64,000 nt of DNA. Origin: Thermoplasmata archaeon (lineage in GTDB: Archaea > Thermoplasmatota > Thermoplasmata > Lutacidiplasmatales > UBA184). The stretch covers positions 63,822-127,821 of the forward strand of contig DATGZO010000012.1 in the NCBI GenBank assembly GCA_035297105.1. The letters are read 5' to 3'. Under the pieces are notes generated by a model. It made no database searches. It saw nothing but the letters and a program-made list of their open reading frames with translations, and was not told where the DNA came from. Shown here one piece after another: positions 54,047 to 63,926 of this stretch. Every line of letters begins with the position of its first letter. Within the stretch, counting starts at the first letter, position 1. The position numbers were made by a program, and so were the translations under genes.

Positions 54047-55183
54047 GTGCGCACGGTGACGACCTCCTTGAACCCCGACGGGGGGCCCGTGGCCCCTGCT
54101 CTTCGACGGAGTCGTCGTTGGGTCGTACTGGCCATACTGTTGGTCGGTCTCGCACTGCTCGTCGTCTTTTCGACCACCGTCGGAGCGTTGACGGGCTCTC
54201 GGGTCATTCCGTGGACGACCGTCCTTTGGATCGTGGGGTACCACCTGACGGGGGGTCTGCTACCGTCCGCACCGTGCCCGCCCTCCCTGAGCGGGATGAC
54301 CTGCACCATCCAGACCGAGATCGTCTGGGGGGCGCGGTTCCCTCCTCTCCTGCTGGCGGTGCTGGTCGGGGCGGCGCTGGGGATCTCGGGAGGTGCCCTG
54401 CAGGGAGTGTTCCGAAATCCACTGGTCGACCCGTACCTCCTCGGACTCTCGACGGGCGCCGCAGTGGGCGCCGCGATCCTGTTCACGTTCAACCTCGCCC
54501 CAGCCCAGCAGGCCACGGTGCTGCCCCTCCTCGCGTTCGGAGGAGGGTTGATCCCGGGGACGGTCGTCTACCTGGCCGCCGGCGGTCGGGCCCGGTCGGT
54601 CGAGACCCTGCTTCTGACCGGCGTGGCCCTCAACTTCCTGTTCTCCGCGGTGCTCGACGCCCTCCTCCTCTACAATCCGACGAGCGGGGTGCAGGTCAAT
54701 TTCTGGCTGCTCGGAGGGTTGAGCGACGCGACGTGGGACCGGGACGCGATCGTGTTCGGGGTTCTTCTCGTGGCGGGGACCTTGATCGCCCTCCACGGAC
54801 GCTCCCTGAACGTGCTGCAGCTCGGACGGGACGTCGCCGAGAGCGTCGGCGTGGATGCCCGTCGCACGACGCGCCGGGTCATCCTTCTCTCCACGGTGCT
54901 CACGGCGGTCGCCGTGGCGTTCACCGGCGTGATCGGGTTCGTTGGTCTGGTCTCCCCCCATGTGGTCCGGCGGATGGTGGGGTCCGACTATCGGATCGTC
55001 CTCCCCATCTCCGGACTCTTCGGAGCCGGGTTCCTCGTCCTCGCCTGGGATCTCGCCCAGTCCGTCGTCCCGTCGGTCGTGATCCCCGTCGGGATCCCGA
55101 CCGCCTTCGCCGGGGCGCCGTTCTTCCTCTACCTGCTCTACCGACGGCAGGGGCTGACGGGCAGCGGGACGTCCGGCACATGA
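54047..55183 (+). CDS. FecCD-family ABC permease (BtuC/FhuB-like)
   Basis: About 9-10 TM helices. 'LLGLSTGAAVGAAIL' and 'LLLTGVALNFLFSAVLDAL' FecCD signature regions. Confidence 0.75.
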   Translation: MRTVTTSLNPDGGPVAPALRRSRRWVVLAILLVGLALLVVFSTTVGALTGSRVIPWTTVLWIVGYHLTGGLLPSAPCPPSLSGMTCTIQTEIVWGARFPPLLLAVLVGAALGISGGALQGVFRNPLVDPYLLGLSTGAAVGAAILFTFNLAPAQQATVLPLLAFGGGLIPGTVVYLAAGGRARSVETLLLTGVALNFLFSAVLDALLLYNPTSGVQVNFWLLGGLSDATWDRDAIVFGVLLVAGTLIALHGRSLNVLQLGRDVAESVGVDARRTTRRVILLSTVLTAVAVAFTGVIGFVGLVSPHVVRRMVGSDYRIVLPISGLFGAGFLVLAWDLAQSVVPSVVIPVGIPTAFAGAPFFLYLLYRRQGLTGSGTSGT

Positions 55184-56502
55184 CCGAGGCCCCACTCCTC
55201 CCACTGACCGTCGACGCTGTCTCCGTTCGCTACCGGGACCAGGTCGCGGTCCGCTCCGTCAGTCTCGCCGTCCCCCCAGGAGAAGTGCTGGCCCTCGCCG
55301 GACCGAACGGGTCGGGCAAGTCGAGCCTGTTGAGAGCCATCGCGGGCCTCGAACCCCTTTCCCAGGGGTCGGTCCACCTACTGGGCCGGCCGCTCGCCTC
55401 GCTCTCGCTGCGGGAGCGGGCGCGCGTGGTCGCCTGGATGCCACAAGAGGAGGCGCCCGGCGACAACGTTCCCCTGCTCGACTACGTACGGTACGGACGC
55501 TTCGCCCACATTCCCCCGCTCGCCCCCGAACGCGCAGCCGACGTGGGGGCGGTGGCCGCTGCTCTGGCCGACGCGGACGTGACCGACTTTGCGAGCCGAG
55601 GCATGCTGACCTTGAGCGGCGGCGAGCGCCAGCGGGCCCGCCTCGCCCGTACCCTCGCCCAGGAGACCCCGGTCCTCCTCCTGGACGAGGCGACCGCCCA
55701 TCTGGACGTCGGCCACCAGCTCGACCTCCTGGTCCGCATCCGACGGATCGCCCGTCGGGACGGACGGGCCGTCGTCATCGCCCTCCACGACCTGAATCTG
55801 GCCGCCCGGTTCGCGGACCGGGTCGCCGTGCTCTCCCACGGCCAGCTCGTGGCCGAAGGCGATCCGGCGGCGATCCTCTCGCCGGAACTCCTCGCCCGGG
55901 TCTGGGGCGTCGTGGCCGAAGTACGTCGCGACGCCGCCACCGGACTCCCGTACCTCATTCCCCAGCTGCCGCTGGGCCTACAGCCGGCGTCGGTCCGATC
56001 ACCCCGACGGCTCCGGGTCCACGTGGTGGCGGGGGGCGGGACCGGAGTTCCCTACCTTCGGAGGTTGGTGGAAGAGGGCTACGAGGTTTCGGCCGGCGCC
56101 CTACCGCTGTTCGATTCGGATTCGGAAGCGGCCCAAGAACTGGGCGTCCCGGTGGCCGTGGAGATCCCGTTCGCCCCCCTCGGGACCGAGGCACGGGCTC
56201 GGAACCGCGTCCTGCTGGCGGCGGCGGAGGCGATCGTGGTCGCGCCGTTCCCCGTCGGTCCCTCCAACCTGGCCAACCTCGAGGACCTGCACGAGTTCAG
56301 CTCCCGGATCCCGATCTTCCTGATCGAGGCACCGTCCGGCGCCTCGCTCGAATTCGCCGGCGGGCGCGCGACCGAGGCCCGGGAGCAGCTCCTCCGCGAC
56401 GGGGCCGTTCGCGTCGCCGACCTTCCGAACTTACTCGCGACGCTCGCGGCGCGCCGGGGGACGTCGAAGGGACCGGTGCCCGACGGCCCGTCGCAACGGT
56501 AG
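55182..56502 (+). CDS. ABC transporter ATP-binding protein (FecE/BtuD-like) fused to a ~180-aa C-terminal domain of unknown function
   Basis: 'LAGPNGSGKSSLL' Walker A, 'LSGGERQR', 'LLLDEAT', 'ALHDL'. An extra C-terminal region 'RLRVHVVAGGGTGVPYL...IVVAPFPVG...IPIFLIE' follows the ATPase fold. ATG at 55182 overlaps the permease stop. Confidence 0.75.
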
Positions 56503-57333
56503 GAACTCCAGGCTCGGCGTCTCGGGTCGGTCGAACTGCTCGAAGAGCCGCGGCAGGTCCCGGTCCGTCACGACGACCGTCCCGTCGACCCCGAGCTCGG
56601 TCGCTTCCGCGAGGGCCGCCGCGACGCCGAACCGTACGAAGGGACGCGTGGGGGCGGCCCGCGCGAGCACGTGATAGGCTCCGAGACCGAAGGCGGCGAG
56701 AAGCCCGGCGCGGGAGGTGTCCAGTGTGGCGCGAACTTCCGCCGGCAACTCACGGTCGGCGATCCGGTCGCTGGGGAGCGCGATCACCTGGAGACGTCCG
56801 TGCGGGAGCGGTACGATCCCCTCGAGCTCGCCGACCTCGACCAGCTCCCCCGCCCCCGCCGCCCGGCTCGCCCGCCCCCGGGAACCCTCGGTCGCTCCGG
56901 GGGTCGCGGTGAGGACGCCGTCCCGGATATCGAGAGCGACGCGTTGTCCGGCCGCGATGGCGGCGGCGGCGACGGCCGACGTGGTCCGCACGATGTGAAG
57001 GCGGTCGAGGCGCTCGGCGAGGTCGTCCCGGACCCCCCCGAGGGCCGAGTGCAGCCAGTCGACCCCCCGGACGGTGGGACGATAGCGTCCGTCGCGGAGC
57101 TCGACGAGCCCGCGTCGGGCGAGGCTCCGGAACGTGTGGGAGGCCGCTTGGACCGAGAGCCCGAGTCGCTCGGCGATGGTCCTGAGTTGGCCGACCTCCT
57201 GGGTCTCGCAGTCGTAGAGGAAGAGCAGGTCGCTGACCGCTCCGGAGCGCCGGAGGGTGGAGAGACCTCCCCGGCGGAGCGACTTGGAGGGACGACGGGG
57301 GGGCACGGACCCACGACACCGGCGCGGGTACAA
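56431..57333 (-). CDS. Winged-helix (MarR/TrmB-like) DNA-binding domain protein with uncharacterised C-terminal domain
   Basis: 'QLRTIAERLGLSVQAASHTFRSLARRGLVELRDGRYRPT' wHTH. The 3' end overlaps the ABC ATPase gene by ~70 bp convergently. Start is uncertain. Confidence 0.45.
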   Translation of the reverse strand: MYPRRCRGSVPPRRPSKSLRRGGLSTLRRSGAVSDLLFLYDCETQEVGQLRTIAERLGLSVQAASHTFRSLARRGLVELRDGRYRPTVRGVDWLHSALGGVRDDLAERLDRLHIVRTTSAVAAAAIAAGQRVALDIRDGVLTATPGATEGSRGRASRAAGAGELVEVGELEGIVPLPHGRLQVIALPSDRIADRELPAEVRATLDTSRAGLLAAFGLGAYHVLARAAPTRPFVRFGVAAALAEATELGVDGTVVVTDRDLPRLFEQFDRPETPSLEFLPLRRAVGHRSLRRPPARRERRE

Positions 57334-57357
57334 TACCCCGCGGACCCGAGGGTCCTC

Positions 57358-59400
57358 TTACGCCTTGGCCGCCGCGGCGGGCCGGCGGTCGGGCGAGGCC
57401 GCCGAGTCCCGCTTGATCTCGCGGATGCGGTCGCGGATCCGGGCCGCCTCCTCGAAGTCGAGCCGCTCGGCGGAGAGGTGCATCTCCTCCTCGAGGTTCG
57501 CGAGAAGCAGCGGGAGCTTCTCCTTCCACTTCTTGCCGAGTCCCGAGGTCGAGAGCTCGGTGGACCCTTCGGGCGTGCCGAGCAGCGCCCGCACCTCCTT
57601 CTGGACCGATTCGGGGACGATGCCGTGGACCCGATTGTAGTCGACCTGGGCGGTGCGCCGTCGCGTCATCTCGTCGATCGCGCGCCGCATCGAGCCCGTG
57701 GTCCGGTCCGCGTAGAGGACGACCTTGCCGCGTTCGTTCCGGCTCGCCCGTCCCGCGGTCTGGACGATCGAGGTCTCGCTGCGCAGGTAGCCCTCCTTGT
57801 CGGCGTCCAAGATCGCCACGAAGCTGACCTCGGGCAGGTCCAACCCCTCCCGGAGGAGGTTGATCCCGACCAGTACATCGAACTGGCCGAGCCGAAGGTC
57901 GCGCAGCACTTCGACTCGCTTCAGAGTCTCGACGTCCGAGTGCAGGTAGCGGACCTTGAGACCGAGCTTCGTCAGGTAGTTCGCGAGCTCCTCGCTCGTC
58001 CGCTTCGTGAGCGTCGTGACGAGGGCGCGGTCGCCCTCGGCGATGCACCGACGAAGCTCGCCGACCAGGTCCTCGATATGCCCTGCGAGCGGGCGTACCT
58101 CGATCGGAGGGTCGACCAGGCCGGTGGGCCGGATGATCTGCTCGACGACCCCCTTCGACACCTTGTGCTCGAACGGGCCGGGTGTCGCCGAGACGAAGAC
58201 CGCCTGCGGGACGCGAGTGAGGAACTCCGGGAACGTCAGGGGCCGGTTGTCCCGGCAGGAGGGAAGGCGCCAGCCGAACTCGACGAGATTGTCCTTGCGG
58301 CTCCGGTCGCCCTTGTACATCCCCTGGAGCTGCGGGATCGTGGCGTGGGACTCGTCGAGGAAGACGAGCAGGTCCTTCGGGAAGAAGTCGAGGAGGGTGT
58401 AGGGGGGCTCTCCCGGCTTTCGTCCGGCGAAGTAGCGCGAGTAGTTCTCCACGCCCGAGCAGTAGCCGGTCTCCCGAAGCATCTCGAGGTCGTAGTTGAC
58501 CCGCCCCTTGAGCCGCTGCGCCTCGACGATCTTCTCCGCGTCCGCGAGCTCCTTGACACGGACGTCCCGTTCCTTCTCGATCTCGTGGAGGATGCCGCCC
58601 ATCCGCTCGTCCACCGTAAGAAAATGGGTCGCAGGGAACACCGAGAGCTGATCCAGGTCCCGCCGTTCCTCCCGCGTGATCGGATCCAGCTCGGCGATCG
58701 CGGAGACGACCCGGCCATCGAGGACGATCCGGTGTACCGTCTCGCCCGCGCCCATCACATCCAGCGTGCCCCCGCGAACACGGAACCGGCCCCGCTTGAG
58801 CTCCATGTCGTTGCGCTGGTACTTCATCCGGATGAGCTGGTCGATCAGCTCCTGACGACCGATGTCCTGCCCCACGCGCAGACCGACCACGTTGGCGCGG
58901 TAGTCCTCGGGAGAACCCAAGCCGTAGATGCAACTCACGGAGGCGACGACCAGGACGTCCCGCCGGGTGAGCAACGCCTGAGTCGCGCGGTGCCGAAGGC
59001 GGTCGATCTCCTCGTTGATCGACATGTCCTTCTCGATGTAGAGATCGATCTGGGGGACGTACGCCTCGGGCTGGTAGTAGTCGTAGTAGCTGACGAAGTA
59101 CTCGACCGCGTTCCGGGGGAAGAGCGCCCGGAACTCGCTGACGAGTTGCGCGGCGAGCGTCTTGTTGGGGCTCACGACCAGGGTCGGGCGCTGCAGCCGC
59201 TGGACGGTGTGCGCCATCGTGAACGTCTTGCCGCTACCGGTGACGCCCAAGAGGGTGACGTACTTCTCGCGCCGTTTGAGCCGGGCGACGACCTCGTCGA
59301 TCGCCCTCGGCTGGTCCCCCTGGGGCACCATGTCGGTCTCGAGCTCGAAGTGCCCGGGCAGCTCCGGTTCAGCCTTCGCCGTCGTCGCTTTCGGGCTCAC
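57358..59400 (-). CDS. uvrB: Excinuclease ABC subunit B
   Basis: 'LLGVTGSGKTFTMA' Walker A, beta-hairpin region, helicase motifs, C-terminal 'LEEEMHLSAERLDFEEAARIRDRIREI' UvrC-interaction (UVR) domain. Confidence 0.9.
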   Translation of the reverse strand: MSPKATTAKAEPELPGHFELETDMVPQGDQPRAIDEVVARLKRREKYVTLLGVTGSGKTFTMAHTVQRLQRPTLVVSPNKTLAAQLVSEFRALFPRNAVEYFVSYYDYYQPEAYVPQIDLYIEKDMSINEEIDRLRHRATQALLTRRDVLVVASVSCIYGLGSPEDYRANVVGLRVGQDIGRQELIDQLIRMKYQRNDMELKRGRFRVRGGTLDVMGAGETVHRIVLDGRVVSAIAELDPITREERRDLDQLSVFPATHFLTVDERMGGILHEIEKERDVRVKELADAEKIVEAQRLKGRVNYDLEMLRETGYCSGVENYSRYFAGRKPGEPPYTLLDFFPKDLLVFLDESHATIPQLQGMYKGDRSRKDNLVEFGWRLPSCRDNRPLTFPEFLTRVPQAVFVSATPGPFEHKVSKGVVEQIIRPTGLVDPPIEVRPLAGHIEDLVGELRRCIAEGDRALVTTLTKRTSEELANYLTKLGLKVRYLHSDVETLKRVEVLRDLRLGQFDVLVGINLLREGLDLPEVSFVAILDADKEGYLRSETSIVQTAGRASRNERGKVVLYADRTTGSMRRAIDEMTRRRTAQVDYNRVHGIVPESVQKEVRALLGTPEGSTELSTSGLGKKWKEKLPLLLANLEEEMHLSAERLDFEEAARIRDRIREIKRDSAASPDRRPAAAAKA

Positions 59401-60227
59401 GAGGGTCCCTCCGGTTCCCCGCGAGAGGCCCCGTAGCCCCGCGGGTCGATCGTGACGGGGGCGAACCCAAGAGCTCCGATATCGGCGGTGACCCGGGCGG
59501 CGGTCGCCGGGACCGAGAGGAGAGCGACTTCGTCCGGGTCGACCTCAATGCGGGCAGCGCCGTCCTCGACGCGAACGCGGACCCGTCGGAAACCCCGAGC
59601 GAGCAAGAGCGCCTCGGCCGCCTCGATGCGGGCGAGAAGATCCCCGTCGATCGCATGGCCGTGGGCGACGCGGGAGGCGAGGCAGGCGTCGGACGGTTGA
59701 TCGGCATTCGGCAGGCCTCGGACCCGGGCGACCCGTCGCACGTCGGACTTGGTCCAGCCGCCCCAGGCCAGCGGATGGTCGAACCCCGCCTCATCCATGG
59801 CGCGCAGGCCGGGCCGGTCGTCGTGCAGGTCATCCGCCTGGACGCCGTCCAGGAACTGAAGGATCCCCCGGCCGTCCCCGAATTCCCGCAGGCGGCGGGT
59901 CTCCACGGAGCGACAGAAGTAGCAGCGGTCGCTGGGGTTCGCCCGGTATTCCGCGTTCTCGAGCGGATCCGCCCGGACGAGGTGATGCTCGATCCCGATC
60001 GCCCGAGCGACCTCGGTCGCGCGTTCGACCTCCGCGCGGGAGACGGCCGGGCCCGTCAGGGTCACCGCGACGGCCCGCGAGCCCAGCGCCTCGAACGCCA
60101 GCGACGCCACCAGGGCGGAATCGACGCCGCCCGACAAGGCCACCAGCGCCGGACCGCGTTCCCGGATCCGTTCGACGAGCGTGCGCTCGCGGACAGGAAG
60201 TGCCGACGACGAGACCGACGCGACCAC
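59397..60227 (-). CDS. larE: LarE-family PP-loop ATPase (ATP-dependent sulfur transferase)
   Basis: 'VALSGGVDSALVA' PP-loop. 'EYRANPSDRCYFCR', 'ADDLHDDRPGLRA' and 'SDACLASR' match LarE/TIGR00268 motifs. Stop overlaps the uvrB start (ATGA). Confidence 0.65.
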   Translation of the reverse strand: MVASVSSSALPVRERTLVERIRERGPALVALSGGVDSALVASLAFEALGSRAVAVTLTGPAVSRAEVERATEVARAIGIEHHLVRADPLENAEYRANPSDRCYFCRSVETRRLREFGDGRGILQFLDGVQADDLHDDRPGLRAMDEAGFDHPLAWGGWTKSDVRRVARVRGLPNADQPSDACLASRVAHGHAIDGDLLARIEAAEALLLARGFRRVRVRVEDGAARIEVDPDEVALLSVPATAARVTADIGALGFAPVTIDPRGYGASRGEPEGPS

Positions 60228-60305
60228 GGGGCGACCGTCACCCGGCCGATAGGGAAAACGGTATCTCTCGCGACGGCGCCTTAGGCCCGGGGAAGGCTCG
60301 GACGA

Positions 60306-60742
60306 TGCAAGCCGTGCGCGAGGGAACGAAATGGGTGCTACGCCTCGATGAGGGCCAGGACCTCTTCGAGACGCTGACCGCGTTCGCCGAGAAGGAGCAC
60401 GTGCGGGCGGGGGCCGTGCTGTTCGGGATCGGCATGTTCCGGCGCGCGACCTTCGGCTACTGGGACGGCACGCAGTATCGGCCCCACGAGCTCACCGTCC
60501 CGCACGAGGTCGTCGCCCTCCACGGGACCATCGCCTGGGCCGACGGCTACCCCTCAATCCACCTGCACGGCGCCGTGGCCGGACCCGACCACCACGTGGT
60601 GGGGGGTCATCTCCTGCGGGCGACGATCGGGGTCCTCCAGGAGGTCGTCCTCGAGACCTTCCCGTCGCACTCCTTCGACCGCCCCCTCGAGGAGAGCATC
60701 GGCCTCCGAATGCTGGACCTCACGCCCGGACCGAACCGGTAG
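60306..60742 (+). CDS. PPC-domain (DUF296) protein
   Basis: 'LFGIGMFRRATFGYWDG...VALHGTIAWADGYPSIHLHGAVAGPDHHVVGGHL' follows the PPC/DUF296 beta-sandwich pattern. Confidence 0.5.
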
Positions 60743-60792
60743 CCCGCCCCGACACGCCTTTCCGTCCGCTCTGGGTCCCGCCCGCTCCGTCC

Positions 60793-63642
60793 ATGGCGTC
60801 CGACCTAGGCTCCCTCCTTCCCGGCATCGACCCGCGACTCGCCGAAGCAGTCGCCCGTCGGGGAATCCGGGAACCGACCGAGATCCAGCGGCTCGCGCTC
60901 CCGCTACTGAACGGGAATTCGGACGCGCTCCTGTTGTCCCCGACCGGAACCGGGAAGACGGAGGCCGCACTCCTGCCGCTCCTCTCGCGGCGGCTGTCCG
61001 AGCCCACTTCGCCGATCTCCATCCTCTACGTGACCCCGCTCCGGGCCCTCAACCGGGACCTCGAGCACCGGCTGGTCGCGCTCGTCGAGGAGGTCGGGTT
61101 GACGGCCGCCGTACGCCACGGGGACACCTCCCAGTCGGCTCGGCTCGCCCAGTCGCATCGGCCCCCCGACCTCCTTCTCACGACACCGGAAACGCTCCAG
61201 ATCCTCCTGGTGGGCCGTCGGTTGCGCGAGTCCCTCCGCAACGTCCGCACCGTGATCGTGGACGAGATCCACGAGCTCGTCGGCTCCGACCGCGGCGCTC
61301 AGCTGGGACTCACTCTCGAGCGTCTCGACGCCCACACCGGCCGGCGCGTTCGCCGAATCGGTCTCTCGGCGACGGTCGGCAATCCCACCGATGTGGCCCG
61401 GTTCCTCGCGCCCGCGCCGCGCACGGTCGAGGTGCGGACCGCGGAGTCCCGGCGCGAGCTCGAGCTGTTCGCCCGTCGTCCGGACGACGAGTACCCTCCT
61501 CTGGATCCGGAACTGGTCAGCGATCTCAAGGCCGACCCGACCCTTCTCGCAGGGCTGCGCCAGGTCGAGGCCGAGATCCGAGGCCATTCGACCACCCTCA
61601 TCTTCGTCAACACCCGTCCGACCGCCGAGGGGCTGGCCGCACGGTTGGGACTCTTGGCGCCCGACCTCTCGGTCGCGGTGCACCACGGATCCCTCTCCCG
61701 CGAGATGCGCGAGGAGGCCGAGCGGTCGTTCCGGGAGGGTCGGCTTCGGGGCCTCGTCGCCACCTCGTCCCTCGAGCTGGGGATCGACATCGGCGGGATC
61801 GACCACGTCGTGCAGTTCGGCTCCCCGCACCAGGTCGGTCGCCTGGTCCAGCGGGTCGGGCGCTCCGGCCACCGCTCGGATCGGATCATCCACGGTACCG
61901 TCCTCGCGCTCGACAACGACGACCTCGAGGAAGCCGCCGTGCTCGCCCGCCGGGCGGACGAGGGGTTGATCGAGCCCGCGTCGTGGCGCACGCGGAACCG
62001 ACTCGCCGCCGCGCAGCAGATCGTCGCCACCCTTCGCGCGGAGGGACCCACTGACCCGTCTCGCCTGGTGGCGGTGCTCGGCCACGCCGAAGCCGTTCGC
62101 GACCTCTCCCGACCCGACTGGGACGCGCTCCTGGACTATCTCGTCGCGCTCCGCCTCGCCAAACGACAGGACGACGGCAAGATCGCCCCGGGGCGCGGCA
62201 CCCTCGCCCGGTTCTACGCTTCGCTCTCCCTGATCCCGGACGAGCGCACGTACCGACTCCGCGACATCGCCACCCGGCGCCTCATCGGCACCCTCGATGA
62301 GCGGTTCGTCCTGACCCAAATCCTGGCGCAGCCCGAGGAGATCTTCCTCCTCCACGGCCGAACCTGGAAGGTCGTCGAGTACCGGGAGGGGGAGCTCCTG
62401 GTCGAGACCGTCAAGGAGATCGGGGCGGAACCCCGGTGGGCGGGAGAAGACCTTCCGGTTCCCTTCGACGTGGCGCAGGAGATCGGTCGTCTCCGGCGCG
62501 AGGGGGGGTTCGAACGGTACCCCTTGAGCCCGGAGGATGCGGCCCGTCTCACGCGTCGACGGGACGCCGCGATCGCTGCCAACGCCCTGCCGACAGATCA
62601 ACGGGTCACCGCCACCGCCCGCGGCCGCGTCGTGGTCTACGGCGCCTGCTTCGGCACCCGGACGAACGAGACGCTCGCGCTCGCCGTCGCCGGCCTCCTG
62701 ACATCGCGACTCGGTGCCCGTACGGAGGTGATCGCCGTGGAACCGACCTGGTTCGTCCTCGAACTCCCGATCGCGGTCGACGGGCCTACGCTCGTGGACG
62801 CGTTCTCGATCGACCCCGACTCCCTGCTCCCACTCGTCGAACGCCTCATTCCGAGCGGCCTCGACTACCGCTGGGTCTTCCTGGCGGTCGCGCGCAAGCT
62901 CGGCGTGATCCCGTCGACGGCCGACCCGCGGGACCTCCGTACGCTGGAGCCGCTCCTCGAGCAGAGCCGGACCAACCCGCTCGGGGAGGAAACGCTCGAC
63001 AAGACGCTCCACGACCGGTTCGATGTCGAGCATGCGCGCGAGATCCTCCTACGGGTCCGCTCCGGCACGGTCGAGGTCGTCGCGACCGCCCCCTCCGCGC
63101 TCACGGACGGTCCGTTAGAGCGGCTCCGCTGGCGCGCGATCTCCGACACGCCTCCCCCTACCCTCCTGAAGGCCGTCCGGGAACGACTCGCCAAGGAGGC
63201 GCTCGCGCTCGTCTGCCTCCGGTGTGGATTCCAGCGGGAGACCACGCCGGCCCGCTACCAGAAGGAGGGAGGCAGCCGGTGCCTCCTGTGCGGGGGTTCG
63301 CTCTCCGCCGTGCTCTCTCCCCGCCGGGAGAAGGATGTGGAGCGGCTCGTACAGTATGCCAAGCGGAAGTGGAAGCCCCGGGGAAAGTCGACCAAACGGT
63401 CGGCGCGGAAGGACCGCGAGCCCTCTCCCGAGGTGGAGGCGCTCGTCCGGACCGGGTACACCTCGGCCGAGCTGGTCGCCCACTACGGGGACCGGGCCCT
63501 CTACGCGCTCGCGGCCCGGGGGATCGGTCCCGAGACCGCGCGACGTCTCCTCGCGCGACTTTACCGGGACGACGACGCGTTCTTCACCGAGATCCTGCGG
63601 GCCGAGCGGAGCTACGCCAAGACGCGCGCCTTCTGGGACTAG
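60793..63642 (+). CDS. lhr: Lhr-family large DEAH/DEXH-box ATP-dependent helicase
   Basis: 'LLSPTGTGKTEAALLP' Walker A, 'VIVDEIHELVG' DEIH box, 'ATSSLELGIDIG', 'QRVGRSGHR'. About 400 aa of Lhr-type C-terminal extension. Confidence 0.75.
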   Translation: MASDLGSLLPGIDPRLAEAVARRGIREPTEIQRLALPLLNGNSDALLLSPTGTGKTEAALLPLLSRRLSEPTSPISILYVTPLRALNRDLEHRLVALVEEVGLTAAVRHGDTSQSARLAQSHRPPDLLLTTPETLQILLVGRRLRESLRNVRTVIVDEIHELVGSDRGAQLGLTLERLDAHTGRRVRRIGLSATVGNPTDVARFLAPAPRTVEVRTAESRRELELFARRPDDEYPPLDPELVSDLKADPTLLAGLRQVEAEIRGHSTTLIFVNTRPTAEGLAARLGLLAPDLSVAVHHGSLSREMREEAERSFREGRLRGLVATSSLELGIDIGGIDHVVQFGSPHQVGRLVQRVGRSGHRSDRIIHGTVLALDNDDLEEAAVLARRADEGLIEPASWRTRNRLAAAQQIVATLRAEGPTDPSRLVAVLGHAEAVRDLSRPDWDALLDYLVALRLAKRQDDGKIAPGRGTLARFYASLSLIPDERTYRLRDIATRRLIGTLDERFVLTQILAQPEEIFLLHGRTWKVVEYREGELLVETVKEIGAEPRWAGEDLPVPFDVAQEIGRLRREGGFERYPLSPEDAARLTRRRDAAIAANALPTDQRVTATARGRVVVYGACFGTRTNETLALAVAGLLTSRLGARTEVIAVEPTWFVLELPIAVDGPTLVDAFSIDPDSLLPLVERLIPSGLDYRWVFLAVARKLGVIPSTADPRDLRTLEPLLEQSRTNPLGEETLDKTLHDRFDVEHAREILLRVRSGTVEVVATAPSALTDGPLERLRWRAISDTPPPTLLKAVRERLAKEALALVCLRCGFQRETTPARYQKEGGSRCLLCGGSLSAVLSPRREKDVERLVQYAKRKWKPRGKSTKRSARKDREPSPEVEALVRTGYTSAELVAHYGDRALYALAARGIGPETARRLLARLYRDDDAFFTEILRAERSYAKTRAFWD

Positions 63643-63926
63643 CCGTTCGCGAGCGAGCGCGCGACCGTCTCCACGACCGAGCGGGGAGCATCCGTGCGGA
63701 ACCCTCCGGGCCGGGCGTGGGTCGGTGCGGTCCGGTACCCGAGGGCGGACAACCCCGCGACGTACGAAGCGAGCGATCCGGGGGACGGCAAACCGAGGGC
63801 ACCGGCGAGCTCGTTCGCCTCGTAGTAGAACGGCCGGTCGACCTCGATCTCCCCCCGGAGCTTGGAGAGGAAGATCTCGACCTCACGAGGTTGCGCCGCG
63901 GCTGGGGGCACCTCGAGATGGGCCAC
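63639..63926 (-). CDS. Hypothetical protein (gene may extend beyond the window end)
   Basis: 95-aa ORF whose stop overlaps the lhr stop region. No motif recognised. Confidence 0.25.
   Translation of the reverse strand: MAHLEVPPAAAQPREVEIFLSKLRGEIEVDRPFYYEANELAGALGLPSPGSLASYVAGLSALGYRTAPTHARPGGFRTDAPRSVVETVARSLANG

Noticed and set aside
53266-55181. N-terminal two-thirds of the 1078-aa plus-strand track ORF
   Set aside because: Alternative frame across the SBP and permease genes. Only the portion from the ATG at 55182 (ABC ATPase) has protein-family signatures.
56671-59436. 921-aa plus-strand ORF antisense to the wHTH gene and uvrB
   Set aside because: Antisense to a strongly conserved uvrB; Gly/Arg/Asp-rich low-complexity translation.
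60904-63033. 709-aa minus-strand ORF antisense to lhr
   Set aside because: Antisense to a helicase with all conserved motifs; composition-driven artefact.
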